This document shows positions 10,464 through 19,872 of a stretch of DNA of 51,861 bases, one piece after another (the stretch's first letter is position 1; every line of letters starts with the position of its first letter). The stretch is from the IMG/VR virus record IMGVR_UViG_3300030329_004367, positions 1 to 51,861 of that record; one strand, given 5' to 3'. The translations under genes were made by a program, and so were the position numbers. Under the pieces are notes generated by a model, which was not told where the DNA came from, did no database searches, and saw only the letters and a list, made by a program, of their open reading frames with translations. Origin of the DNA: a virus (taxonomy: Duplodnaviria; Caudoviricetes).

Positions 10464-10652
10464 TTAAGCCTTGTTAATTGCATCTTTTAACACTTCTTCA
10501 ACAGATGAATATAAAGCATCAAGTATCTTGCCTTCAGTCTTTTCAGATATAAAAGGTATATCTACATTATCATTTAAAGCTTTCAATACCTTAGCTTTCA
10601 TGTCATCATTGAATAGATATTGATTCATTAATGCTTTTACTTCTTCGTTCAT
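10464..10652 (-). CDS. Hypothetical protein
   Basis: 62 aa, overlaps the upstream stop, has an SD. Confidence 0.6.
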   Translation of the reverse strand: MNEEVKALMNQYLFNDDMKAKVLKALNDNVDIPFISEKTEGKILDALYSSVEEVLKDAINKA

Positions 10653-10885
10653 TTCTTCTCCTTTATTTTCTTTTTACATTTATTACATGATACGAAATCT
10701 CTCGGTTCATGCGCTATTTCATCTAATGCTTTTATTCTTTGTTTTAATCCAAAGACATCTAATTCTAATTCATCAATTCTTTTATCTGCATCATTGGGTT
10801 CTTCTACATAAGATAAGATTTTATCAAGCTTAAATTGCTTTGCTAACAACTTTACTACTGCATTTACTACCAGTGCTTGAATCAT
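10649..10885 (-). CDS. Hypothetical protein with C-terminal CxxC
   Basis: 78 aa, translationally coupled. Confidence 0.6.
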   Translation of the reverse strand: MIQALVVNAVVKLLAKQFKLDKILSYVEEPNDADKRIDELELDVFGLKQRIKALDEIAHEPRDFVSCNKCKKKIKEKK

Positions 10886-11148
10886 TATTTAACCTTTCCA
10901 ATCAATCTTTCTAATATTCCTACAAGAGATGCATAACTAGCTTTAATCTCTTTCACGTCTATAGTATGCTTTTTAAGGGCGTTAATAAGCCCAATAACGA
11001 TACCTTCCAATCTGCCAAAAGATTCACGCATCTCCCTTTGCAATTCGTTCTGTATGAACTGATTTTGCTTCCATATGAAGTATCCAAATGCCATACACAT
11101 TGCTACTGGTACTCCGACCCTTTCTATTATCTCTACAAATGTATCCAT
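10885..11148 (-). CDS. Holin-like membrane protein (BhlA/YvrJ-like)
   Basis: One N-terminal TM helix (VGVPVAMCMAFGYFIW) followed by a coiled coil. Confidence 0.55.
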   Translation of the reverse strand: MDTFVEIIERVGVPVAMCMAFGYFIWKQNQFIQNELQREMRESFGRLEGIVIGLINALKKHTIDVKEIKASYASLVGILERLIGKVK

Positions 11149-11927
11149 TATCCTTCAATCAATTCACCCCACAAGGAAGTTTTACCATTTATGATTTGTA
11201 TTACATGGACTGTAAACAATCCACCCTTATAAAAATCTACTATTGCAAAAGCATGTGCCCAGTTTATACTCCTATTATCAAGCCAATCATTAGCTTTTGG
11301 ATTCATATCCTTTAAGCAACCAATACTCCATGCTGCTTTTGGGCCGTCCATATGAGTAGCTGTCATATGCTGTAAATCATGCCAATGCCCATACATTATA
11401 TTGCATCCTAGTTTTCTAAGATGATTTGCTGTGTGATACTGACCACCATATTGATGACCGTGATAAAAATAAAGCTTCCCTAATTTAAGGTGCTTTCCAA
11501 ATGGATAGTATTTATAACCTCTATCCTTCAGGTTTACAGCATTGGCAAACTTAAACTTTGGTATATAAGGGTACATCTCAACACACATATTAAGCCAGTT
11601 ATCATGATTACCTTCTGTAAAGTACTTTTCCTTACACTTAACTTTATCAAGAGATTCATCAATCTGATCCATACCTTTATTTACATCTTCTAGATCTTTT
11701 GTAAAATCTACAATTAAATATTCCAATGGGGGTTTGCGTTTTCTTTTAAATCTCCAAGCACTAAACGCATGAAACTCTCCTACATCTCCCAGATCAATAT
11801 ATGCATCTGGTTTTACTATCTCAATGGTTCGCTTTACACAATTAATTGCCTTTTGGTCATGTAATGGAAAATGCTTATCCGGTGTAACTATGACTCTTTT
11901 AACTACTCCTTTATCAGCCTTCGGCAT
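11148..11927 (-). CDS. Calcineurin-like metallophosphoesterase
   Basis: Motifs DKH, LGDV, GNHD, HGH and GHWH. Confidence 0.9.
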   Translation of the reverse strand: MPKADKGVVKRVIVTPDKHFPLHDQKAINCVKRTIEIVKPDAYIDLGDVGEFHAFSAWRFKRKRKPPLEYLIVDFTKDLEDVNKGMDQIDESLDKVKCKEKYFTEGNHDNWLNMCVEMYPYIPKFKFANAVNLKDRGYKYYPFGKHLKLGKLYFYHGHQYGGQYHTANHLRKLGCNIMYGHWHDLQHMTATHMDGPKAAWSIGCLKDMNPKANDWLDNRSINWAHAFAIVDFYKGGLFTVHVIQIINGKTSLWGELIEG

Positions 11928-11937
11928 ATTGCTCTCC

Positions 11938-12090
11938 TTATTCTGTTCTCAATTCCTTCCTTATCTTAATAATAAGATATATAAGTGTAGCTATTCCTAC
12001 ACCTAGTGATACAACCTCTGGAAGCCACCCACTAATAGATAACCACCATCCTCCCATACCTGCTCCTGTTGTCTTTAACGTATCTAACAT
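11938..12090 (-). CDS. Small membrane protein, holin-like (50 aa)
   Basis: Hand-translated MLDTLKTTGAGMGGWWLSISGWLPEVVSLGVGIATLIYLIIKIRKELRTE; hydrophobic with a basic tail. Confidence 0.55.
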   Translation of the reverse strand: MLDTLKTTGAGMGGWWLSISGWLPEVVSLGVGIATLIYLIIKIRKELRTE

Positions 12091-12091
12091 T

Positions 12092-12562
12092 TTAAACCTT
12101 TTCTATATTTATATAGCCACCATATATATAATCATCTGAAGCCGCAGGAGCAACCTTAACTACTATATAGTTTGTAGGGCCTGCTACCATTTCAGTATCA
12201 AAATCATACTCTGTTCCAACGTACCTTATTGGATCGCCAATGCCAGCAGATATCAATCCTATTACAACACATCCTACAACACACGCTTCATAAGCTAACA
12301 CCCTGTTAGTAGTGTCGGATCCGGCAATTTTAATTCCAGTAGCTTTATAGCCTTGAGGAACTACCACATGTGCATATATTTCCATGTCTGGATGTTCGAC
12401 TTTAAATTTATACTCAGATCCTACCGCAATATCTACTGCTGCAATATCACTAGCAGTCCTATCATCATTTTTCAAAAAATCGCTAGGAAGTATCTTAATT
12501 CGAGTCTGAGATCCATGCCATCCTTTTTCAGTTATCGGAGGATTGCTAATAGTTACTGACAT
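12092..12562 (-). CDS. Putative tail/receptor-binding beta-sandwich protein
   Basis: 156 aa, beta-rich, within the tail block. Confidence 0.4.
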   Translation of the reverse strand: MSVTISNPPITEKGWHGSQTRIKILPSDFLKNDDRTASDIAAVDIAVGSEYKFKVEHPDMEIYAHVVVPQGYKATGIKIAGSDTTNRVLAYEACVVGCVVIGLISAGIGDPIRYVGTEYDFDTEMVAGPTNYIVVKVAPAASDDYIYGGYINIEKV

Positions 12563-12945
12563 TAGTTAACTGAACATTCTGTTACTGTTAAGTTTTTATA
12601 GCCAGTTCCTGCATGTATAGCATTTACAACTCCAATCCATGTATTTGATGTGAACGTCCCGCCTTCAGGATTTAACCTTATGCCTTTATTAGCTACTGCA
12701 CTATTTTGTAATGAAAGATATATAACTGTATCGCTATCGTTCACTATTATAGAGCTTCTTCTATCAACATTTAACCCCAATACTGCAGTAGTACTTGTTC
12801 CTACAGTTACACTCTCTGTTGTAGCTATTGCATTAACCTCAGAAATATGATCTTCGACTTGAAGCCTAAGATTGTCACGAACTCGTGCTTTATAAGTCTT
12901 TCCATCTTCCCATACTCCTGCTATTTCTATTTTAGGTTGTGGCAT
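12562..12945 (-). CDS. Putative virion structural protein
   Basis: 127 aa; RRSSIIVNDSDTVIYL...GIRLNPEGG small beta-sandwich pattern. Confidence 0.45.
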   Translation of the reverse strand: MPQPKIEIAGVWEDGKTYKARVRDNLRLQVEDHISEVNAIATTESVTVGTSTTAVLGLNVDRRSSIIVNDSDTVIYLSLQNSAVANKGIRLNPEGGTFTSNTWIGVVNAIHAGTGYKNLTVTECSVN

Positions 12946-13286
12946 TACATGCTCTCCGTTACATTACTATTTCCACTACTATAGTAAGACTCTTTCTCAT
13001 TTAATACCATAGAATCTGTTTGCCCTTGTATAATCTTTTGTTTTGGATTATTTTGAGGTTCAGATGCTAATTCGGATACCTCTCCTGCAAGCATTTTGCT
13101 ATAAAGTTGATCTAAGTGCTTAATTAAAGAATGAGTAAATTTCATTCCTGTAAAGTCATTCGGCACACTAGCTTTAGTTTCTGGCGTATGCTGTGCAGGA
13201 GTAGATGCAGGATGAGGCGGTGCTTCTGCCTTTTTTGCATCTATATCTATCTTATAGTAGAGCTGATCTAGTAAATTAGGTCTCAT
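12945..13286 (-). CDS. Hypothetical protein
   Basis: 113 aa, coupled to its neighbours. Confidence 0.5.
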   Translation of the reverse strand: MRPNLLDQLYYKIDIDAKKAEAPPHPASTPAQHTPETKASVPNDFTGMKFTHSLIKHLDQLYSKMLAGEVSELASEPQNNPKQKIIQGQTDSMVLNEKESYYSSGNSNVTESM

Positions 13287-13430
13287 CTATCTATGCTTTC
13301 TAGGATATGAACGTCCACCTTTACCTGATTTTTTCATAGGTTTTACTCTTTTCATTATAGCCCCAAGTCCAGCAATACCTATACCTACTTGTGATTTGTC
13401 ATTTCCTGTTGAATCGTCTCTATCTGACAT
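13287..13430 (-). CDS. Small basic protein (47 aa)
   Basis: Hand-translated MSDRDDSTGNDKSQVGIGIAGLGAIMKRVKPMKKSGKGGRSYPRKHR; AAGGAG SD. Confidence 0.6.
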   Translation of the reverse strand: MSDRDDSTGNDKSQVGIGIAGLGAIMKRVKPMKKSGKGGRSYPRKHR

Positions 13431-13457
13431 TTTATTCTCCTTTTATTAAGATTGTTT

Positions 13458-13778
13458 TTACTTACCTATATATGCTAAAATATATTCTGTTGTTTCATCC
13501 ATAGTAATTTTATCGAATGCTCCATATACTATATCTCCATCTGATAAATGTACAACAGCACCAGAATAAGCTCCAGTAGTAGATAAATCATCACCTACTA
13601 CAGAATTTGCTTTTAAACCAGCAGTCCCATCTATAGCTTTAAATGCTACCCAATATTCAATGCCTTTATCTGAAGCTAAGACCTCTGATGTACCTTTTAT
13701 TAAATGGAAACCATTCTGGCCCAAGAACAAATTACCTGCTTCTTCGCCAGTCCATTCACGTATTCCTTTATGAGCCAT
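13458..13778 (-). CDS. Putative virion protein, paralog of 13778-14167
   Basis: Shares SVV[GA]DDL and GD[IT][VI]YG[AK]F[DE]K with its neighbour. Confidence 0.6.
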   Translation of the reverse strand: MAHKGIREWTGEEAGNLFLGQNGFHLIKGTSEVLASDKGIEYWVAFKAIDGTAGLKANSVVGDDLSTTGAYSGAVVHLSDGDIVYGAFDKITMDETTEYILAYIGK

Positions 13779-14167
13779 TACTGACCTCCTTTTATTAGTT
13801 TAACTATACTTCTACCTATACTTGGTTCCTCTAAAGAAACCTTTTCAAATTTTCCATAAATAGTATCTCCATAAGCTAATTGAAAATAATCACCTGTTTC
13901 GTTACCATGATTATACACTCCATCAGCTGCTAAAGTTAAATCGTCTGCAACTACAGACTTTGCAATAATTCCTACAGGCGTAGTGCCAGTACCAGTATTT
14001 TTTATTGCTATACAATATCCAGTATCTTTTGTAAAAGTTGCCTCTACATAAGTTGGATCTGTAGTTGAAGGGTCTCCTGTAATGATAAGTAATTCTTGAC
14101 CAGCTCCACATAAAGATAAATTACTACCTTCATCTCCAGCATATTTATAAGTACCTTTTTCAGCCAT
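13778..14167 (-). CDS. Putative virion protein, paralog of 13458-13778
   Basis: Shares the same two motifs with its neighbour. Confidence 0.6.
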   Translation of the reverse strand: MAEKGTYKYAGDEGSNLSLCGAGQELLIITGDPSTTDPTYVEATFTKDTGYCIAIKNTGTGTTPVGIIAKSVVADDLTLAADGVYNHGNETGDYFQLAYGDTIYGKFEKVSLEEPSIGRSIVKLIKGGQ

Positions 14168-14544
14168 TATCTAAACTCCTTAAATCCTTGTACAATATTA
14201 GGCCCTGTTTTATAAGAAGAAGCACTCTTTTCTATTTGCCTTTTAAATTCTCTCATAAAAAATTCTCTTTTATCCATATCTCCTTCATCTTCAGCTATTT
14301 TAGCTTTAACAAAATATACTACAGCATTTGATTGATATCTATTTAAATCAAGCTCAGTCAATTCATCTTGTAGTGCTCCGGATCCGGAAGATGTGCTAGT
14401 ACCTCCTGCCATTATAGTATAATGCAATTCTAATCCAGCAGTAACTGATGTTAATGGACTTTTATATTCTCCATCATCTTCATCTTTTTCAATTATAGCA
14501 ATTTTATTTGCTTCATTATAGTATGCATATTTTTTAGAGGCCAT
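14167..14544 (-). CDS. Head-tail adaptor/ring protein-like (C-terminal half)
   Basis: LELHY...YQSNAVVYFVKAKIAEDEGD...FMREF resembles the C-terminal helices of podovirus adaptors. Confidence 0.45.
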   Translation of the reverse strand: MASKKYAYYNEANKIAIIEKDEDDGEYKSPLTSVTAGLELHYTIMAGGTSTSSGSGALQDELTELDLNRYQSNAVVYFVKAKIAEDEGDMDKREFFMREFKRQIEKSASSYKTGPNIVQGFKEFR

Positions 14545-14545
14545 A

Positions 14546-15430
14546 TTACGCTACCTTTATAATGATTGGGATTACTGTAGTAATAGTTCCGTCACTTACA
14601 GAAAATGACTGAGAATATGAACCTGTACTTAATCCACTTCTGTTTACGGTTAAAGTTATAGAATCTGTTTCATCACTATTTGTACCAGTTAATGCTGAAA
14701 ATGTAACATTAGAAGTCGCACTAGAGTCTATAGTCCAATTATAAGTAGATTCTCCGGAGTTAGAAATAGAAAGAGTTTTTTCAGTTTCTGTTGTCTCAAA
14801 TGTAAATGATAAGGGACTTAGAGTCATTACAGCTGCACCTATTGTCATATTTACAGGTATTGTAGCGCTACCGCCATTACTTGTAATTGAAATAGAGCCT
14901 GTATAGCTTCCTGCTGTGTCAGCTTTGCTATACGTAGCAGTAACAGTATCTACATCTGTCTTAGATTCTCCAGACAAAGGGGAAAGTGTTAGCCATGTGT
15001 CAGTTGTCGAAACATTCCATGTCAATGCTTTATATGCAGCCGCATCTGAGTCAGAGTTAGATATAGTAAATGTTTGAGAAGTTATACCAGCTATAGCTGT
15101 TAAAGAAGATACATTAACAGATAATGTTGGATCTGCTTCATCTATTATTACTGGCTTATAAATACTTCTTGGAACAGATCTTAACAATCCGTCATCATTA
15201 TTATGATCCTTTACCCTAATATCAAGAAGCTTAATAGCTTCTGATGGAATAGCATAATATCTCTGATCTTTAACTAAATCAATTTGAGATGTATTAGTAT
15301 GGGTCTCACTTATTAAAGCCATTTCAGTAAGAGCGTCTTTAATATAAGATAGGGCACGACCTGTTTGAGTCATGCCCACTCTTTCCATTATTTCCTTAAT
15401 TAGCATCAGTTTCGCCTGTAGCTTTAGCAT
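14546..15430 (-). CDS. Adaptor/ring-like N-terminal domain fused to two BACON-like Ig domains (start possibly 15406)
   Basis: N-terminal IDLVKDQRYYAIPSEAIKLLDIRV; two repeats with TISNS..W....[LF]S.L[ST]G......D...T........G.Y. Confidence 0.65.
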   Translation of the reverse strand: MLKLQAKLMLIKEIMERVGMTQTGRALSYIKDALTEMALISETHTNTSQIDLVKDQRYYAIPSEAIKLLDIRVKDHNNDDGLLRSVPRSIYKPVIIDEADPTLSVNVSSLTAIAGITSQTFTISNSDSDAAAYKALTWNVSTTDTWLTLSPLSGESKTDVDTVTATYSKADTAGSYTGSISITSNGGSATIPVNMTIGAAVMTLSPLSFTFETTETEKTLSISNSGESTYNWTIDSSATSNVTFSALTGTNSDETDSITLTVNRSGLSTGSYSQSFSVSDGTITTVIPIIIKVA

Positions 15431-15635
15431 GGAGTTGTTTTAATACTCCTAAAGCTCCAGTTGCCTGAGTTCTTAATTCTCTTGCCCTAACTTCTGCATT
15501 GCTATATTCAGTTAATTGACCTTCCATATCTTTTATAGCTTGCTCTAATTCAGATATAGCTAAACTTGAATTTAGTTTTTCAACGTCTAACTTAGGTGTT
15601 GTGGTTGTTTCTTCTGTTGTTTTTGCTTTCGCCAT
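15396..15635 (-). CDS. Small coiled-coil protein
   Basis: 79 aa, AAGGAG SD, directly after the tail fibre. Confidence 0.55.
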   Translation of the reverse strand: MAKAKTTEETTTTPKLDVEKLNSSLAISELEQAIKDMEGQLTEYSNAEVRARELRTQATGALGVLKQLHAKATGETDAN

Positions 15636-15653
15636 TCTATTCTCCTTGGTTTA

Positions 15654-18600
15654 TTATTTTTTCTCTAGAGCTTCAACTTTTGCTGACAACTCTTGTACTG
15701 CTTTTACTAAATTTGAAAATAAAATCAATGTACCTCTACGACCCCAATTAGTCTGTATAATTTCAACTTCATCGCCTTTTTTATATGTTTTTCCATCATA
15801 ATCTACATTATCTTTTTTGACTGTATGCTTTACAGATTCTAATATATCAGGAAAAACTTCTCCTAATTCTTGTGCTACAAAGCCCATTTGAGTCTTTTTT
15901 TGCCAATCCTTTATTTTATGATTTTGAAAACTTTGATCTAAAAACTCATCTGTATACTTAAATGTTCTTGGTTTTATAGCATTTATTTTAGCCAAAGACC
16001 CAGTAAGGTCAGCAATATCTTTTTTTACTCTTCTATCCGAAGTAGTACCAGCAGCGTTTCCTGTGAACTGTATCCCACCAGAGCCATCTCCTTGAAATTC
16101 ATCAAGTGTAGCATGTGCATCATCAAATTCTAAATAAGCATTGTCTGTTGTAGGATCACCATTATGATTAATCATTAGAGTCATGCATTTTGAATCATTA
16201 TCCCCTGTACTATTCGCTACTTTTAATACATTATTACTAGCTTGGCTGTATTGAATATGAACTGGATGAGCTGGCGCACTTACAGCACTACCCATTCCGA
16301 TTCTACCATCTCTTAATGTCATGTATCTAGCTGAGGTGCCATCTGTTGTAACGTGAAGAGACATAACAGCACTATGTTTAGCTGCTTCAGAATAGTCTTC
16401 TGTCTTACCAACTATTATATTCGCTGAATTTTTTTGACGTGCATCTGCAGACATTCTAATTTTAACTGTATCATCAGTATCATTAGTGCTATTGCTATTT
16501 GTTAACATCAAGCCTGTCATTTCACCATCTACACCCTTATTAATTTCTAATCCATCAGCATCTATATCGGCTGTTCCAATACCAACCTTTCCTCCCCCAA
16601 TGTACATAGTGTCATCATCAGTACCGGCTACAAAAGTTCTAAATATAAGAGCGCCATCTTCACTTCCATCGCTCGCATCTTTTATTCTAGCAAATATATC
16701 AGCATAACTAATCTTCTCAGGAGTACCTGCATCATTATTTCCAACAAAATTTAAATGACCTATATAATCATTGTCTGCTGGGGATGAACTATTCCTATAA
16801 AATCTTAAATCAGGAGCAGTATCTGCACTTGCGGATGTACTTTCTAAAAACAATATAGGATTTGTGTCGCTATCATTATCGTCTTTAAGATGTAGAAGAC
16901 CTTCTGGGTCTGTAGTACCCATACCTATATCACCATTTTCTCTAATACACATCTTGGTTCCCATAGAAGTACTATTATCTTGCTTAGTATCAAAGTCTAT
17001 CCTACCACCATATTTTGTTGCAGTAGTGCCGTCTGTTAAAAACTGTATTCTTGCAGGTTTTCTATGATCAGCATGCTGTTCAGGTAGATATGTAGTAATT
17101 TGCCCAAGAGCAAGATTATCAGCATCATTACTTGGACAATGAAATTCTAATATTCCAGTAGATGTTGCTGTAGCTGATGAAATTCCTGCAAGAGTTAAAA
17201 CAGTATGCTCTCCAGCATAACTTCCAGAATTTGCAGAACTAAGGCCTAAAGCTGTATTTCCTGATTTATCAACTAAAAACTTCATAAGTTGATCTGCATT
17301 CTGAATAGCTAATAAATGTGAATCACATTTTACTTGCCCAAAATCTGTATCATTATCTGGTAATGTTGTAGGATCAGAATCTACTGTAAATTCATTAGTC
17401 CCATTAATAGAATCTATTGTAAATATTTCTTCTGCACCAGACAAGCCTGTAGGCATTCCCACTGAATCTCCTAATAAAAGTCCATGATTATCAGATTGAA
17501 TAATCCTTACAGCTTCTGCTTTACCTCCACTACCATAAGTAGTATAGCCGGAAGAGTCAACGCCATCTAATGAAAAATTGGTAGCATCAATATATGTGAT
17601 TGTTGTAGTCCCAATAGAATTTAATTCAGTCATACCTACAACGCTATTAATATTTACTCTATCACCTGTTGAAAATCCATGTCCCCCACCTCCAGCACCA
17701 ACAGTTATTACACAAGGATTAGCTTTACTTGCTCCAGTTATACTTGCAGTTTGATATCCAGAAGTGGAATCAGAAAGGTTCACGCTTAAATTTCCTCGTA
17801 TTGAAAGATCTCCTAGAGCTGTTCCTGAATGCTTGTCTATTGCAACGTTAGCTGTAAATACAGCTGTACCAGAAGCTATCTTTCCTTCTACTGAAGTTTC
17901 TAAAGCCTGTAAAGCTTGTTTAGTGTTTTGATTATCAGCAATAGTAGAGCCTGTAAATGTTCCTAAATGATCTGAAGCTGCACCTACACCACTTAAAGTT
18001 GTTAAATGATCTATATCGAGATCTGCCTTTGTAGGCATTGCCATAGGAGTAAAAGTGTGAACAGCAGTAGGAGCATTGTAAGATAAAGTAGCTGCAGCGC
18101 CTCCTGCAGAAAATGAAGCTGTACTAGCAGTAGTTACTGATGGAAGTTGGTCTATCCATTTAGAACTTCCCGCATCATACATTAGCATTTCACCATCAGC
18201 AGCACCGGCTATAGTAACATCACCTATATCACCTATTGCGGCTGTTGCTGGAGACTGCCAAGTAGCGTCTCCTCTTAAAAATTTTGCTGTATCGCCAGTA
18301 GTAGGGGCAGGTACCAACCCATGAACACCCGGATCATTTGCTCCACTAGTAACATCCATTTGAGTATTTGCATGCCAACCCTCACCTCTGATTGTTCCGT
18401 CAACATCAAGCTTAACTGTTCCATCTGTTGGAGCTCCGCCACCAACTGAGACTTGATCTCCACCAGTAGTAAGATATACATAGTTAGAACCATGCAATGT
18501 CCAGCCAGCAGCTGAAGACGTTCCGGGTACAGCAGTTAATGTTACCCAAGAACCAGCCTTATAGCCCATAAAATCGCCACCTGCATATTTGATAGCTCCA

Positions 18601-19856
18601 TTTGCTGTAGCTCCAGCACTAGCTTCTGCATCACCAATAACTATTGCACCTGCAACTTCTAATTTTTCATCTGTTGGATCTGCCACACCGATACCAACCC
18701 TACCGGTTTGGGCAAAGGTAACCCTTACATCGCCATCATCTTTCAATAATAATTTATCAGATGCATCACCATCATTATATAATTGCCATTTAGTAGTACC
18801 ATTTTCTACAAGTTTTAATCCTGCTTCAGAATCATTTGCTGAATCTATAGCTATATAGGCATTTCCTGAAGGAGTAGTAACCTCTAATTGATCTGATGGA
18901 GTTGCAGTATTTATACCTACTTTATTATCATAAGATGAAGGGTTTGCAACTAATACGTTTGTATCAACTACTAATTTAAGAGCATTTGCTGTTCCTGTTA
19001 AAGTTGCATCTGTACCTGCATAGTTAGTTACTCCAGAGATTGATCCACCATTTATAGCATTTCCTGAAATTGAATCATTAGGGAATGAAGTAGAGCCTGT
19101 TATAGTCAATCCATTAAATGCTCCTGTAGCTGCAGAATTTGCTCCTATTGGAGTTCCATCAATCGCTCCACCATTTATATCTACTGTTGTTATAGTAGCA
19201 TTTGTAAAGCTTCCTGTTGAAGGGGTTACAGAACCTATTGCTGTGCCATCAATATTACCACCATCAATATTTACCGTATCAGCTTCTAAAGAGTCAACAT
19301 AAGCAGTTCCATCAATATATATATTATTCCACTCTTTTGTAGAAGAGCCTAGATTATATGTACCATCATCATCAGGAATAATACTAGAGTCAATACTAGC
19401 TCCTAATACTAACTTATCAGAGGTAGCATCTCCTATAGTAATTGTTCCGCCATTAAAGGTAGATGTTCCAGTTACAACTAAATTACCACCAACATTTACA
19501 TTTGAAGTGGTAGTTATAACGCCATTAACTGTAACAAGATTTGAAGATAGTTTTATTAAATCTGTATCTGAAGTAGTACCTATAGTTCCAGTTTCAGATA
19601 TGCGAAGTTTTACACATTCGATATCCCCTGCGCTGGATCCAAAAGCTCTAACATCTAAAGATGCATTTGGAGCTACAGATGTACCTGCAATTAGTACTCT
19701 TTCTTTATTAAAAAATATTGGGTAAGGATCTCCTACTCCTGTTGATATACTATAAGGTGCAGCATTATACTCTCCAAGAGTTGAATCGTCTGCATTTACT
19801 CGTAATAAATAAATGTATGTATCTGCTATTGTTTTCCCTGTTAATGACTGTGCCAT
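15654..19856 (-). CDS. Long tail fibre/spike with a C-terminal peptidase S74 chaperone domain
   Basis: 1400 aa, G/T/S-rich; IDGT[AP]IG and [VI]G[IM]GT repeats; TSDRRVKKDI...GFVAQE...LVKAVQELSAKVEALE; internal FCCH-like segment ITGASKANPCVIT...HGFSTGDRV...GMTELN. Confidence 0.88.
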   Translation of the reverse strand: MAQSLTGKTIADTYIYLLRVNADDSTLGEYNAAPYSISTGVGDPYPIFFNKERVLIAGTSVAPNASLDVRAFGSSAGDIECVKLRISETGTIGTTSDTDLIKLSSNLVTVNGVITTTSNVNVGGNLVVTGTSTFNGGTITIGDATSDKLVLGASIDSSIIPDDDGTYNLGSSTKEWNNIYIDGTAYVDSLEADTVNIDGGNIDGTAIGSVTPSTGSFTNATITTVDINGGAIDGTPIGANSAATGAFNGLTITGSTSFPNDSISGNAINGGSISGVTNYAGTDATLTGTANALKLVVDTNVLVANPSSYDNKVGINTATPSDQLEVTTPSGNAYIAIDSANDSEAGLKLVENGTTKWQLYNDGDASDKLLLKDDGDVRVTFAQTGRVGIGVADPTDEKLEVAGAIVIGDAEASAGATANGAIKYAGGDFMGYKAGSWVTLTAVPGTSSAAGWTLHGSNYVYLTTGGDQVSVGGGAPTDGTVKLDVDGTIRGEGWHANTQMDVTSGANDPGVHGLVPAPTTGDTAKFLRGDATWQSPATAAIGDIGDVTIAGAADGEMLMYDAGSSKWIDQLPSVTTASTASFSAGGAAATLSYNAPTAVHTFTPMAMPTKADLDIDHLTTLSGVGAASDHLGTFTGSTIADNQNTKQALQALETSVEGKIASGTAVFTANVAIDKHSGTALGDLSIRGNLSVNLSDSTSGYQTASITGASKANPCVITVGAGGGGHGFSTGDRVNINSVVGMTELNSIGTTTITYIDATNFSLDGVDSSGYTTYGSGGKAEAVRIIQSDNHGLLLGDSVGMPTGLSGAEEIFTIDSINGTNEFTVDSDPTTLPDNDTDFGQVKCDSHLLAIQNADQLMKFLVDKSGNTALGLSSANSGSYAGEHTVLTLAGISSATATSTGILEFHCPSNDADNLALGQITTYLPEQHADHRKPARIQFLTDGTTATKYGGRIDFDTKQDNSTSMGTKMCIRENGDIGMGTTDPEGLLHLKDDNDSDTNPILFLESTSASADTAPDLRFYRNSSSPADNDYIGHLNFVGNNDAGTPEKISYADIFARIKDASDGSEDGALIFRTFVAGTDDDTMYIGGGKVGIGTADIDADGLEINKGVDGEMTGLMLTNSNSTNDTDDTVKIRMSADARQKNSANIIVGKTEDYSEAAKHSAVMSLHVTTDGTSARYMTLRDGRIGMGSAVSAPAHPVHIQYSQASNNVLKVANSTGDNDSKCMTLMINHNGDPTTDNAYLEFDDAHATLDEFQGDGSGGIQFTGNAAGTTSDRRVKKDIADLTGSLAKINAIKPRTFKYTDEFLDQSFQNHKIKDWQKKTQMGFVAQELGEVFPDILESVKHTVKKDNVDYDGKTYKKGDEVEIIQTNWGRRGTLILFSNLVKAVQELSAKVEALEKK

Positions 19857-19872
19857 CTTATCTCCCTAGTAA

